A stretch of DNA of 62,671 bases from Synechococcaceae cyanobacterium (GTDB lineage: Bacteria; Cyanobacteriota; Cyanobacteriia; PCC-6307; Cyanobiaceae): the NCBI GenBank assembly GCA_947442825.1, contig CANEWU010000001.1, positions 1 to 62,671 of the forward strand. Reading direction: 5' to 3'. This document shows positions 42,059 to 51,714 of the stretch, in pieces (position 1 is the first letter of the stretch; every line of letters begins with the position of its first letter). The notes beneath the pieces are model-generated. The model made no database searches. It was not told where the DNA came from and was given only the letters and a program-made list of their open reading frames with translations. Made by a program: the position numbers and the translations under genes.

Positions 42059-42126
42059 CGGGTGATGGGGACCTTTCCACTATCACCCGAAGCGGGCCGA
42101 TCTGGCGATCCCCGGTGAGGGGTTGC

Positions 42127-42447
42127 TCAGGGCGTCTCTTCGCCGGCCGTGTCGAAACCCGAGCCCACCGCCTCCGCCGCCGCGGGCGAGCCAGGGCGGA
42201 AACCGGCCGCCCAGAGGGAGCGGGTGCGCAGTTGGAGGGTGGGACGATCGCACTGCCAGAGGCGCAGCACCCGCTCCAGGTCATCCCGCAGGTCGCTGGC
42301 GCCAGGGAAGCCGTCGTAGCGGTGCAGCAGGCGGGCGGCATCGACCAGGTGCTGGTCGCCAGGGGTCTCGGTGGCGAGCAATCCGTCGATGACGAGCCGG
42401 TCGGTGGCGTGCAGGGGATGGCTCTGCTCCGGAGGGCTCTCGGGCAT
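42127..42447 (-). CDS. DUF3288-like protein
   Basis: QSHPLHATDR, ARLLHRYDGFPGA. Confidence 0.78.
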   Translation of the reverse strand: MPESPPEQSHPLHATDRLVIDGLLATETPGDQHLVDAARLLHRYDGFPGASDLRDDLERVLRLWQCDRPTLQLRTRSLWAAGFRPGSPAAAEAVGSGFDTAGEETP

Positions 42448-42503
42448 CGGGGGCAAGGCGCTGCCGCGTAAGTTAAGCCCCTCCTGCCACCGGCGGTCCC
42501 GCC

Positions 42504-44249
42504 ATGAGCGCCCTGCGGCTCGACCTGATCCGGCGCTACCTCCGCCCCCACCGCCGCGCCGTGATCCTCGGGGTTGTTGCCCTGGTGATCGTCAACCTGC
42601 TCGGGGTGGCGATCCCGCTGCTGGTGGAGCGCGTGATCAATGAGCTCCGGCCGGGCTTCTCCCTACGCACCGTGCTCAGCCAGGGGTTGGTGCTGGTGGT
42701 CCTGGCCACGGTGATGGGGGCGGTGCGGCTTGGCTCCCGCATGCTCGTGTTCGGAGTGGGCCGGCAGGTGGAGGCCGATCTCAAGCAGAAGATCTTCGAC
42801 CACCTCCTCGGACAGGAGCCGGGTTGGGTGCAAACCATGGGCAGCGGCGAGGTGATCAGCCGCGCCACCAGCGACGTGGAGCAGGTGCGGCGGCTGATGG
42901 GCTTCGCCGTGCTCAGCCTTACCAACACCGTGCTGGCCTATGCCCTCACCCTGCCCGCGATGCTGTGGATCGACCCGGGGCTGACGGTGGCGGCCCTTGC
43001 GCTCTATCCGGTGATGCTCGTGGTGGTGCGTCTGTTCGGCGGGCGGATGATGCGCCAACAGCGGCGCCAACAGGAGGCCCTGGCCTCGCTGAGCGACCTG
43101 GTGCAGGAAGATCTCTCCGGCATCGGCGCCATCAAGATCTACGGCCAGGAGCGCACGGAGGAGTCGGCCTTCGCGGCCCTCAACCGCGGCTACCGCGACA
43201 CCGCCCTGCAACTGGCCCGCACCCGCAGCAGCCTGTTTCCCCTGCTGGAGGGCATCTCCTCGATGAGCCTGCTGGCGCTGCTTGCCTTGGGGGCCGGGCA
43301 GATCGAAGCGGGCCGTCTGAGCATCGGCGGGCTTGTGGCCCTCATCCTGTATGTGGAGCGGCTGGTGTTCCCCACCGCCCTCCTCGGCTTCACCCTCAAC
43401 ACCTTCCAAACGGGCCAGGTGAGCCTGGAGCGGGTCGAGCAACTCCTGAGCCGTCGTCCCCTGGTCGTCTCGCCGCCCCATCCCGTTGCCCCAGCGGCCC
43501 ATCCCCGCGGTGCGGTGGAAGCCGTTGGGCTCACGGTTCAGTACCCCGGGGCCAGCCGCCCCTCCCTTGACGGCCTGCGCTTTCGCCTCGAACCCGGGGA
43601 ACTGGTGGCGGTGGTGGGTCCGGTGGGCTGCGGCAAAACCACCCTGGCCCGGGCCCTGGGCCGGATGGTGGAGGTGCCCCCCGGCCAACTGCTGCTGGAT
43701 GGCGTTGATGTAACGGCCATGCGGCTCGACGACCTGCGCCGCCAGGTGGCCCTGGTGCCGCAGGAGGGCTATCTCTTCACCGCCACCCTGGCGGACAACC
43801 TGCGCTACGGGGATCCCGGCGCCCCGATGGAGCGGGTGGAGGAGGCGGCGCGGCAGGCCCGGCTCGAGGGCGACATCCGCGGCTTTCCCGAGGGCTACAG
43901 CACGTTGGTGGGGGAACGGGGCATCACCCTCAGCGGCGGTCAGCGCCAGCGCGCCGCCCTCGGGCGGGCCCTGCTGGTGGAGGCGCCGCTGCTGGTGCTC
44001 GACGACGCCTTGGCCAGCGTGGACAACGCCACGGCGGCGGAGATTTTGCGTACGGTCCGCGATCAAGGGGAGCGCTCGGTGCTGATGATCAGCCACCAGC
44101 TCTCCGCCGCCGCCGCCTGCGATCGCATCCTGGTGCTAGAGAACGGGCGGCTGGTGCAGCAGGGCCACCACAACGAGCTGGTGCGCCAGGAGGGTGCCTA
44201 CCGGCGCCTGTGGGAGCGGGAGGAGGCTCAGCGCTTGCAGACGGCCTGA
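42504..44249 (+). CDS. ABC exporter, fused permease/ATPase
   Basis: GPVGCGKT, LSGGQRQR, LVLDD; N-terminal TM domain. Confidence 0.94.
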   Translation: MSALRLDLIRRYLRPHRRAVILGVVALVIVNLLGVAIPLLVERVINELRPGFSLRTVLSQGLVLVVLATVMGAVRLGSRMLVFGVGRQVEADLKQKIFDHLLGQEPGWVQTMGSGEVISRATSDVEQVRRLMGFAVLSLTNTVLAYALTLPAMLWIDPGLTVAALALYPVMLVVVRLFGGRMMRQQRRQQEALASLSDLVQEDLSGIGAIKIYGQERTEESAFAALNRGYRDTALQLARTRSSLFPLLEGISSMSLLALLALGAGQIEAGRLSIGGLVALILYVERLVFPTALLGFTLNTFQTGQVSLERVEQLLSRRPLVVSPPHPVAPAAHPRGAVEAVGLTVQYPGASRPSLDGLRFRLEPGELVAVVGPVGCGKTTLARALGRMVEVPPGQLLLDGVDVTAMRLDDLRRQVALVPQEGYLFTATLADNLRYGDPGAPMERVEEAARQARLEGDIRGFPEGYSTLVGERGITLSGGQRQRAALGRALLVEAPLLVLDDALASVDNATAAEILRTVRDQGERSVLMISHQLSAAAACDRILVLENGRLVQQGHHNELVRQEGAYRRLWEREEAQRLQTA

Positions 44250-44348
44250 ATAATGTTGCGGGATCGCTCCTGTTCCTCGCCAGCGGCGGCCGCCCGGGCT
44301 TAGCTGAGGGATCTGCATGCCCGCGGCGTCGCTCCGCGTTGTTGCTCC

Positions 44349-44612
44349 ATGGAAGCCGGCAAGCCTTACAACCTGCGCTGCACGCTCACCTTCGGCGATA
44401 TCTACGGCCAGATCCTGATCTGGATGCTGGTCATCTTCGTCAGCCTGGCGGCCGGCCTGGCCCTGATGGGGGCCAGTAAACCCATGTTTGCCCTGGTGGG
44501 GGTGGGGCTGATCCTGGTGCTCTCGCTTCCCTTCCTGCTCTTTGCCTTCACCACCACCCTGCTGAACCACATCGCCCTGGTGCCGTCCTCGGCGCCGGAG
44601 CGGACTGCCTAG
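44349..44612 (+). CDS. Conserved 2-TM hypothetical protein
   Basis: CTLTFGDIYGQI followed by two TMs; strong codon bias. Confidence 0.75.
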   Translation: MEAGKPYNLRCTLTFGDIYGQILIWMLVIFVSLAAGLALMGASKPMFALVGVGLILVLSLPFLLFAFTTTLLNHIALVPSSAPERTA

Positions 44613-44624
44613 GCTCCGGCCCAG

Positions 44625-45353
44625 TTGCCGTCGATCGCTGTGTTCGGACGATTCCAGGCAGGCGCTCCGGCGCTGCGCGATCCCGCTTCCCTTACCCACG
44701 TGGTGCTGGGCACGCCCCTGCTGGCGGAGCCGGCGGCCGGGCAGGCCGAGGTGCTCTTTGGATGCGGCTGCTTTTGGGGTTCGGAGAAGGGTTTCTGGCG
44801 TTTGCCGGGTGTGGTCACCACAGCGGTGGGGTATGCGGGCGGAGCGATGGTCGATCCCTCCTATGAGCAGGTCTGCAGCGGTCGCACAGGGCACTCCGAG
44901 GTGGTGCGGGTGGTGTGGGACACCGCTCGCGTCTCCTTCGGCGAGCTGCTCAAGCTCTTCTGGGAATGCCACGACCCCACCCAGGGGGATCGTCAGGGCA
45001 ACGATCGCGGCAGCCAGTACCGCTCAGCGATCTTCGTGAACGAAGATTCGCTGCTTCGTGACGCCGAACGCAGCCGCGACGCCTATCAGCTGGCCCTGCA
45101 GGCGCGGGGATTCGGGCCGATCACCACCGAGATCGCCCAGGGGCGCCCCTTCTTCGCGGCCGAGCCGTACCACCAGCAGTACCTGGCCAAACCGGGAAGC
45201 CGGCCCTACTGTTCAGCCCAGCCCACCGGCGTGACCCTGCCGGAGATCGAGGGATTCCTCCCGCTCCTGCCTGCCTCCGTCTGGGATGCCTACGACTGGT
45301 CGATTCCCCACTGCATTCTCCGGGGTGACAATGCCCCGATTTCGTTGCCCTGA
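44625..45353 (+). CDS. msrA: Peptide-methionine (S)-S-oxide reductase
   Basis: GCFWG, YEQVCSGRTGHSE, QGNDRGSQYRSAI, AEPYHQQYL. Confidence 0.95.
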   Translation: MPSIAVFGRFQAGAPALRDPASLTHVVLGTPLLAEPAAGQAEVLFGCGCFWGSEKGFWRLPGVVTTAVGYAGGAMVDPSYEQVCSGRTGHSEVVRVVWDTARVSFGELLKLFWECHDPTQGDRQGNDRGSQYRSAIFVNEDSLLRDAERSRDAYQLALQARGFGPITTEIAQGRPFFAAEPYHQQYLAKPGSRPYCSAQPTGVTLPEIEGFLPLLPASVWDAYDWSIPHCILRGDNAPISLP

Positions 45354-45705
45354 GGCCCGGGTTGCCGGCGCTGCGCTGATGGTGCTTGCCACCGCCCTAA
45401 CCGCAGCGCTGCCTGCCTCGGCGAGGAGCGGACCCTCCACGGCATTGGGCTCCCCCTGGTGGGAGAACTACGAACGGCGCGATACCTTCCGCTGCCCCGA
45501 CCAACGGACCTTGGTGCTGGAGCGAAACGACAGCCAGGCCTCACTCCTGAGCGGCCGGGTGCGCTCCACCTTTTTTCGCGAGCCCAGCGACGCCCCTGGC
45601 CTCCGCTACCAAAGCGGTCGCCTGCGGCTGATCCTGGAGGGCGATGCCCTCACCCTGGAAGAATTGCCCCAGCGCTTGACGTGCATCCGCACGGAGGAGG
45701 TATGA
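45331..45705 (+). CDS. Secreted protein, possibly MliC/PliC-like (start 45331 or 45379)
   Basis: Signal peptide; FRC...GLRY...LEGD...TC. Confidence 0.55.
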   Translation: MPRFRCPEARVAGAALMVLATALTAALPASARSGPSTALGSPWWENYERRDTFRCPDQRTLVLERNDSQASLLSGRVRSTFFREPSDAPGLRYQSGRLRLILEGDALTLEELPQRLTCIRTEEV

Positions 45706-45881
45706 GCCCGCTCTCCGATCGCACCGTCGTCGTGGCCCTGCTCGGCACCGTGGCCCTGGTGTTCGCCTTGATTTTCTGGACGGTGCGCATGGCCCCGCCC
45801 GAGCCGTCTCTGCGCTGGCGCGAGCCGGCTCCGCTGGTCCGTCCGGCGCCGGCGCCCACCGCCCCGGGCACCCTGCTCTGA
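45702..45881 (+). CDS. 59-aa single-TM hypothetical protein
   Basis: Start and stop overlap neighbouring genes; TM VVVALLGTVALVFALIFW. Confidence 0.55.
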   Translation: MSPLSDRTVVVALLGTVALVFALIFWTVRMAPPEPSLRWREPAPLVRPAPAPTAPGTLL

Positions 45882-46312
45882 TGGAGCCGCCGCCTTCGAC
45901 GCCGCCGAGTGCGGGGTCCGCCGCGCCTCCCCCTCCCCCTTGGGATGGCGATCCCAGCGTGGAAGGAGCGATAGAGGCCGACGCCCACCGCCAACTTCAT
46001 CCCCTTCCCCCGGGCCTCGTGGAGCTCTATGGCCTGCTGGCGGTGCTGTTTGTGCTCGTGCCGGAATGGATGGCGGGCGGAGCGTTGCTGGGGCTGCGAC
46101 TGGGCCGGCCGGGCGACGCCGATCTGCCCATGGCCTCCTCAGCCTGGCAACGGCTGCCCGAGCTGCGCCTGGCCACCCTCAGCCTGGCCCAGCTGCGCCT
46201 GCTGGCGCGACGGGAGGGGATCTCCGGCTACGCGAGGCTGGAGCGCGAGGGGCTGTCCCAGAGGCTGCTGGCCCGGCTCCGCCGTCACCGCGACGCCGCC
46301 AAGTCGCTGTGA
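45881..46312 (+). CDS. Conserved hypothetical protein
   Basis: GLVELYGLLAVLFVLVPEWMA; C-terminal helical motif LAQLRLLARREGISGY. Confidence 0.6.
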   Translation: MEPPPSTPPSAGSAAPPPPPWDGDPSVEGAIEADAHRQLHPLPPGLVELYGLLAVLFVLVPEWMAGGALLGLRLGRPGDADLPMASSAWQRLPELRLATLSLAQLRLLARREGISGYARLEREGLSQRLLARLRRHRDAAKSL

Positions 46313-46336
46313 TAACTTGCTTTTGCCGGCTTCCAC

Positions 46337-46410
46337 CGGGGCGTAGCGCAGCTTGGTAGCGCACCACTTTGGGGTAGTGGGGGTCGTGGGTTCAAATCCC
46401 GCCGCTCCGA
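46337..46410 (+). tRNA. tRNA-Pro(GGG)
   Basis: CGGGGCGTAGCGCAGCTTGGTAGCGC; anticodon arm CCACT-TTGGGGT-AGTGG; GGTTCAAATCC; CCA not encoded. Confidence 0.97.
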
Positions 46411-46447
46411 TTCCGAAGCCGGCCCGGTCTCCCTGCATGGGGCTTTG

Positions 46448-46473
46448 AACCGTCTCTCTGAGACGGTTTTTTT
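46448..46473 (+). terminator. Intrinsic terminator after tRNA-Pro
   Basis: AACCGTCTC-tct-GAGACGGTT followed by a T run. Confidence 0.85.
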
Positions 46474-46485
46474 GTGGGCGCGCCC

Positions 46486-46737
46486 TCAGTGCAGGCGGGT
46501 TCCAGCGTGGAAGCGCTGCAGCCAGCGGTTCACCCGGCCCCGCTGGCGCCGGGGCACCTCCTGGTTGAGCCCCATCAACTCCTGGGCCGCCAGGCGCCGC
46601 AACACCCGGGCATCCACCCGCCAGAGGGATTCGGCCTCGCGGATCAGCCGGGCCCAGGTGCGGGCGGTCTGCCAGCGGCGCAACGGCGCCAGCAGGGGTT
46701 CTACCGAACTTGGCAGCCGGGGCGGCCTGAGGATCAT
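46486..46737 (-). CDS. Conserved hypothetical protein
   Basis: RWQTARTWARLIREAESLW; ATG start; fills the gap. Confidence 0.6.
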   Translation of the reverse strand: MILRPPRLPSSVEPLLAPLRRWQTARTWARLIREAESLWRVDARVLRRLAAQELMGLNQEVPRRQRGRVNRWLQRFHAGTRLH

Positions 46738-46859
46738 GGCTGCCTGAACGGTCTTGGATGCCCCAAGGGTGGCGAAGCCCTCCCCCGCGTCCAGGGATCT
46801 GCCGATGTCCTTTCGGATTCAGGAAGAATCCTGTCGAAACGGAGGAGTCCCCCCCGTGG

Positions 46860-47765
46860 TCAGGCGCTGCGGGGGAGGGAAACCACGGAGGCGGCCGCAG
46901 GCCGCTCCTCGCCCACGAGCTGCACGGGGAAGGGGAGGGCATCCACCTCCCGCTGGCTGAGGCGGCGGCTCCAGGCACCGCTCACCGGCTCATTCCAACG
47001 GAAGCCGGCCTCCCTTGCCCGCTGCCGCTCGGCATAGGAGAGGCAGGCGCGGTAGAGCCGGCGTGGCTCCAGGGCCGCCTGCAGCAATGCCTCAAGATCA
47101 GGACAACGCTCGAACACCTGCACGAGATAGGTGCAATCGGTCAGCGCCCGGTGGGCGGCCCACACCGGAACCCCATAGGCCAACGCCAGATCCCGCACCG
47201 AGGGAGTGGCCCGCAAGTGGCGATCGGCAGGCCAACGGATCTCCTCCATCGAGCAGATCCAGGGTTTACCGAGGAAGGGCAGAACGCCGTGGCCAAACCA
47301 CTGGCGGTCAAAGGCCGCGTTATGGGCAAGCAGGACATCGGCGGCAGCAACCATCGCCTCGAAGCAGCTCAGGCCGGCCTGCCACGGCTGCGGCAGTTGG
47401 GTGGCGGAAGCGGGGATGCCATTGATCGCCTCGGCCGCATTACTGGGGGCTGGCAACAGGAAGGAGATCTGCGAGAGCACCGTGCGGCTGGGCACATGGA
47501 ACAGGACGGCGCCCACCTCCAGGCACTGGCCGTCGGCGGGGGAAAGGGCGGTGGTCTCGGTGTCGAGAATCAGCAGCCGTTCCGGGGCCGGCGGCAAGCC
47601 CCGGGACGGGACGGTGGGCAACTCCGGCAGGGAAACGGTCGCTGGCGCTGGGCTGGGGGGGGCTGGCGCTGGGCTGGGGGGGGCGGGCAGCTCGCGGGGC
47701 GTGGAGAGTTCGGCAGGGGCCCCGAGCAGATCGGGCTGCTCCCACAGACTCGCTTGCTCGTGCAT
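46860..47765 (-). CDS. DEDDh 3'-5' exonuclease (DnaQ-like)
   Basis: LDTETT, AHNAAFD, AHRALTDC. Confidence 0.9.
   Translation of the reverse strand: MHEQASLWEQPDLLGAPAELSTPRELPAPPSPAPAPPSPAPATVSLPELPTVPSRGLPPAPERLLILDTETTALSPADGQCLEVGAVLFHVPSRTVLSQISFLLPAPSNAAEAINGIPASATQLPQPWQAGLSCFEAMVAAADVLLAHNAAFDRQWFGHGVLPFLGKPWICSMEEIRWPADRHLRATPSVRDLALAYGVPVWAAHRALTDCTYLVQVFERCPDLEALLQAALEPRRLYRACLSYAERQRAREAGFRWNEPVSGAWSRRLSQREVDALPFPVQLVGEERPAAASVVSLPRSA
47641..47682 (-). repeat. Exact 21-bp tandem duplication in exonuclease N-terminus
   Basis: gctggcgctgggctggggggg x2, encodes PPSPAPA twice. Confidence 0.9.
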
Positions 47766-47897
47766 CGCCGACAGGTTTCCCGGACCATTCGCCCCATCGT
47801 CGCAAGCCGGGCAAGGGGCCTCGCCCAGACGGTCTCCCGCACCGGTGGGGGAGGGAGCTCTGCCTAGGGTTGGCATTCCATCAATCCCCCCTTTGCC

Positions 47898-48362
47898 GTG
47901 GCTCCGTCCCTTGCTGCCGGCGATCGCGCCCCCCTCATCGCCCTTCCGGATGGCGAAGGCGTCGAGCGCCGCAGCGACGGCCTGGGCGGACGGCCGCTGG
48001 TGCTGTTTTTCTATCCCAAGGACGACACGCCGGGCTGCACGGCAGAGGCCTGCGCCTTCCGCGACAGTTTCGCCGACCTCCAGGCCCTTGGCGCCGAGGT
48101 CTGGGGCGTCAGCGGCGACGATGCCGCGAGCCATCAGCGCTTCGCCAGCCGCCACCGGCTGCCCTTCCCCCTGCTGGTGGACCAAGGCAACAGCCTGCGC
48201 CGCGCCTTCGGGGTGCCCTCGGTTCTCGGTCTGTTGCCAGGCCGCGTCACCTACGTGATCGACGGCGACGGGGTGATCCGCCATGTGTTCAACAACCTGC
48301 TCGACGGGCCCGCCCATCGGCGCGAGGCGATCGAGGCCCTCCGCCGCCTCGGCGCAGCCTGA
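47898..48362 (+). CDS. Peroxiredoxin Q/BCP
   Basis: FYPKDDTPGCTAEACAFRD. Confidence 0.95.
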   Translation: MAPSLAAGDRAPLIALPDGEGVERRSDGLGGRPLVLFFYPKDDTPGCTAEACAFRDSFADLQALGAEVWGVSGDDAASHQRFASRHRLPFPLLVDQGNSLRRAFGVPSVLGLLPGRVTYVIDGDGVIRHVFNNLLDGPAHRREAIEALRRLGAA

Positions 48363-48363
48363 G

Positions 48364-49146
48364 GTGGCGCCCCCCTGGCGCCAGCGGGGCCCCCTGTGGA
48401 CCCTCGACCCACCTGGCGGCACGGGATCCGGCCCGGCACCGTTGGTGGAGTTCATCGGGGGCAGCTACCTGGCCGCCACCCCGCAGCTGAGCTACCGGCG
48501 GCTGCTGGAGGCCTTGGCGCGGCAGGGCCTGGCGGTGCACGCCTGGAGCTATGTGCCGGGCTTCGACCACCAGAGCCAGGCCAACGAAGCCTGGCGCGCC
48601 TTCCGCCAGCGACGCCACGACCTCAGCCGGGCCGCCGGGGACCCCGAGAGTGGGCGGCCCGTGCTGCGCCTCGGCCACAGCCTGGGTTGCAAGCTCCATC
48701 TGCTGGCGCCCGATGGTGGCCGGGCCTGCCGGGGCCTGGCGGCGCTGAGCTTCAATAACTTCTCGGCCGAACGCTCGGTGCCACTCCTGGCCGAAATGGG
48801 CCAGCAGCTGGGCTTTCGCAGTGAGTTCAGCCCCTCCCCGCAGCAAACCCTGCGGCAGGTGAGCGATAGCTACCGCCAGAACCGCAACCTGCTGGTGCGC
48901 TTCAACCGCGACGCCCTCGATCAGAGCGGGCGTCTGCTGGCGGCATTGCGCCAGCGACCCGACGACCGCAGCGAGTTGCTGGAACTACCCGGTGACCACC
49001 TCACCCCGGCCAGCGCCGGGCTGCGCCGCAACCTGCTGGGCGACTGGGCGGATGATCCAGCCCGCCAGCGCCAGATCGAAGCGCTGGCGGAGCGCCTCAG
49101 CGGCTGGTTCGCGTCCTCCGAAGCCCTGCCAGGGGAGTCGCCATGA
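48364..49146 (+). CDS. DUF1350-like alpha/beta hydrolase
   Basis: FIGGSYLAATPQLSY, GHSLGCKLHLL, PGDHLTP. Confidence 0.85.
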   Translation: MAPPWRQRGPLWTLDPPGGTGSGPAPLVEFIGGSYLAATPQLSYRRLLEALARQGLAVHAWSYVPGFDHQSQANEAWRAFRQRRHDLSRAAGDPESGRPVLRLGHSLGCKLHLLAPDGGRACRGLAALSFNNFSAERSVPLLAEMGQQLGFRSEFSPSPQQTLRQVSDSYRQNRNLLVRFNRDALDQSGRLLAALRQRPDDRSELLELPGDHLTPASAGLRRNLLGDWADDPARQRQIEALAERLSGWFASSEALPGESP

Positions 49147-49262
49147 GCTGGCCTTGTCGGGCTTGCTCGAAACGTAATGATTGGCTGTAGTCAAGAAAAT
49201 CCGAACAGATACTTGACGGCGCCCCAAAAAAGCCGCACCGTGCACTGGATCGTGACTTCCCC

Positions 49263-49595
49263 ATGTCCCCGCTCATCACAGCCTTCACGTCCGCCTGGGA
49301 GAAGAGTTTCGATTTCTCGGGCCGCAGCACACGCGGCGATTACTGGTGGTTTACTCTCGCCAACGTAATTGTTTCCGTCCTACTGAATCTTGCCTCCCTG
49401 GTGGGACGGTTGTTTTACCTCCTCGCCGCGCTCTACATGGTGGCGGCGATACTCCCTTCCCTAGCCCTCACGATCCGCCGTCTGCGGGATGCGGGCAAGC
49501 ACTGGGCCTGGGTATTCATTGGCGTGCTGCCGATCATTGGCACCGTCTGGCTCATCTGGCTGATGGTGCAGCCTTCGGCCCTGCCGCTGGCCTGA
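49263..49595 (+). CDS. DUF805 family membrane protein
   Basis: FSGRSTRGDYWW, LALTIRRLRDAG. Confidence 0.88.
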   Translation: MSPLITAFTSAWEKSFDFSGRSTRGDYWWFTLANVIVSVLLNLASLVGRLFYLLAALYMVAAILPSLALTIRRLRDAGKHWAWVFIGVLPIIGTVWLIWLMVQPSALPLA

Positions 49596-49642
49596 GCACC
49601 AGCGGGCAGACGCCATGGGGTCTGGCACGCGTCACCCTGGCG

Positions 49643-51613
49643 TCACATCCGCAGGGCGTCGAGCACCGAGCGGTCTTCCAGGGTGCTGGTGTCACCGCTT
49701 ACCTCCTGACCCGCCGCCAGGGCCCGCAGAATCCGGCGCATGATCTTGCCGCTGCGGGTCTTGGGCAGGGCGTCGGTGAACTTGATCACATCCGGGCGGG
49801 CGATCGGACCGATCTCCTTACCCACGTGGCCCCGCAGTTCGGCCATCAGGGCGTCATCACCGCTGCGACCGGCCTCGAGGGTGACGAAGGCCACGATCCC
49901 TTCTCCCTTGAGCTCATCGGGCCGTCCCACCACGGCGGCTTCCGCCACCGCTGGATGACTCACCAGGGCGCTCTCGATTTCCATCGTGCCCAGGCGGTGG
50001 CCGCTCACATTGATCACGTCATCGACGCGGCCCATCACCCAGAAGTACCCGTCGGCATCGCGCCTGGCGCCATCACCGGCGAAGTAGAGCCAGGAGCCAT
50101 CCGCCGGGCGGATCTCCTCCCAGTAGCTCTTGCGAAAACGCTCGGGGTCTCCGTGCACGGTGCGCATCATCCCCGGCCAGGGCCGGCGGATCGCGAGGTA
50201 GCCGCCCTGATCAGCCGCCTGGGAGTTGCCCTCGTGATCGACGACATCGGCGACGATGCCAGGCAGGGGCAGGGTGCAGGAGCCGGGCTTGGTGGGCGTG
50301 GCGCCGGGCAGCGGGCTGATCATTACGCCACCGGTTTCGGTCTGCCACCAGGTGTCCACCACCGGGCAGCGATCGCCGCCAATCACGTCGCGGTACCACA
50401 TCCAGGCCTCCGGATTGATCGGCTCGCCCACCGTGCCGAGGATGCGCAACGAGCTCATGTCGAACTGATCGGGCACCTCGCGCCCGCTCTTCATGAACGC
50501 ACGGATTGCTGTGGGGGCCGTATAAAAAATCGTGCAGCGGTGCTTCTGGATCACCTCCCAGAAGGCGCCGGGTTTGCTGGGACGCGGCGCCCCCTCATAC
50601 ATCACCGTGGTGGCGCCATTGGAGAGGGGGCCGTAGACGATGTAGCTGTGGCCGGTGATCCAGCCCACATCGGCAGTGCACCAGTGGATGTCTTCTTCGC
50701 GGATGTCGAAGATCCACTGGAAGGTGAGATGGGCCCAGAGGTTATAGCCGGCAGTGGTGTGCACCACCCCCTTGGGCTTGCCGGTGGAGCCGGAGGTGTA
50801 CAGCACGAACAGGCGATCTTCGCTGGCCATCGCTTCCGCCGGGCAATCCGCGCCCTGGGCCTCCACCAGTTCGTGCCACCAGACGTCGCGGCCGTCCTCC
50901 ATGGCGCAGTCGGAGGCGATCCGCTTCACCACCAACACCTTCTGCACGCTGGGGGCGCCGCCATTGCCGGCTATGGCCTCATCCACCGCCGGCTTGAGGG
51001 CCACCGGCTTGTCCTTGCGGAAGCCGCCATCGGCGGTGATCACCAGCTTCGCCTCGCCGTCGATCAGGCGGTCGCGCAGGGCATCGGCCGAGAACCCCCC
51101 GAACACCACCGAGTGGGGGGCCCCGATGCGGGCACAGGCCAGCATCGCGATCGCCGCCTCCGGGATCATCGGCATGTAAAGGGCCACCAGATCGCCCTTG
51201 CCGATCCCCAGGGCCTTGAGCGCATTGGCCGCCCGGCAGACCTCGGCGTGCAGCTCGCGATAGGTGAAGCGGCGGGTATCGCCGGGTTCGCCTTCCCAGA
51301 TCAGCGCCGTCTTGTCCGCCCGCGGGCCGCTGAGGTGGCGGTCGAGGCAGTTGACGCTGAGGTTGGTGGTGCCTCCTTCGAACCAGCGGGCGAAGGGCGG
51401 GTTGCTCCAGTCGAGCACGGTGTGGAAGGGCTCGAACCAGTGCAGCTGGCTGCGGGCCTGCTCCCCCCAGAACGCGTCGGGATCGGCCTGCGCGCGGGCA
51501 GCCAGCTCCCGGTAGGCGGCCAGGGAGCCGATGCGGGCCTCGGCGGCGAGCGCGGCCGGCGGCTCGAAGCTGCGCTGTTCCTGCAGCACCGATTCGATCG
51601 TGGGCTGGCTCAT
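49643..51613 (-). CDS. acs: Acetyl-CoA synthetase
   Basis: [32 protein letters not shown]. Confidence 0.97.
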   Translation of the reverse strand: MSQPTIESVLQEQRSFEPPAALAAEARIGSLAAYRELAARAQADPDAFWGEQARSQLHWFEPFHTVLDWSNPPFARWFEGGTTNLSVNCLDRHLSGPRADKTALIWEGEPGDTRRFTYRELHAEVCRAANALKALGIGKGDLVALYMPMIPEAAIAMLACARIGAPHSVVFGGFSADALRDRLIDGEAKLVITADGGFRKDKPVALKPAVDEAIAGNGGAPSVQKVLVVKRIASDCAMEDGRDVWWHELVEAQGADCPAEAMASEDRLFVLYTSGSTGKPKGVVHTTAGYNLWAHLTFQWIFDIREEDIHWCTADVGWITGHSYIVYGPLSNGATTVMYEGAPRPSKPGAFWEVIQKHRCTIFYTAPTAIRAFMKSGREVPDQFDMSSLRILGTVGEPINPEAWMWYRDVIGGDRCPVVDTWWQTETGGVMISPLPGATPTKPGSCTLPLPGIVADVVDHEGNSQAADQGGYLAIRRPWPGMMRTVHGDPERFRKSYWEEIRPADGSWLYFAGDGARRDADGYFWVMGRVDDVINVSGHRLGTMEIESALVSHPAVAEAAVVGRPDELKGEGIVAFVTLEAGRSGDDALMAELRGHVGKEIGPIARPDVIKFTDALPKTRSGKIMRRILRALAAGQEVSGDTSTLEDRSVLDALRM

Positions 51614-51714
51614 GGCGGGGCGGTGACAACCGCTGAGCATTCAATCCCAACCAGGGCGCGCTGCCAGTGCCCCCGCGGTGCAGCAGTCTGGAGTGTCACC
51701 CTCCGCAACGGCCG

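Noticed and set aside
46337-46480. tRNA-Pro as an integration site
   Set aside because: No integrase, no visible duplicated tRNA 3' end, and the terminator follows directly.
46811-46840. Imperfect hairpin GGATTC-aggaa-GAATCC
   Set aside because: Short stem without a U-tract; not enough to call a terminator or RNA.
47766-48455. 531-aa version of the exonuclease ORF
   Set aside because: The extension is antisense to the peroxiredoxin; ATG 47765 is the better start.
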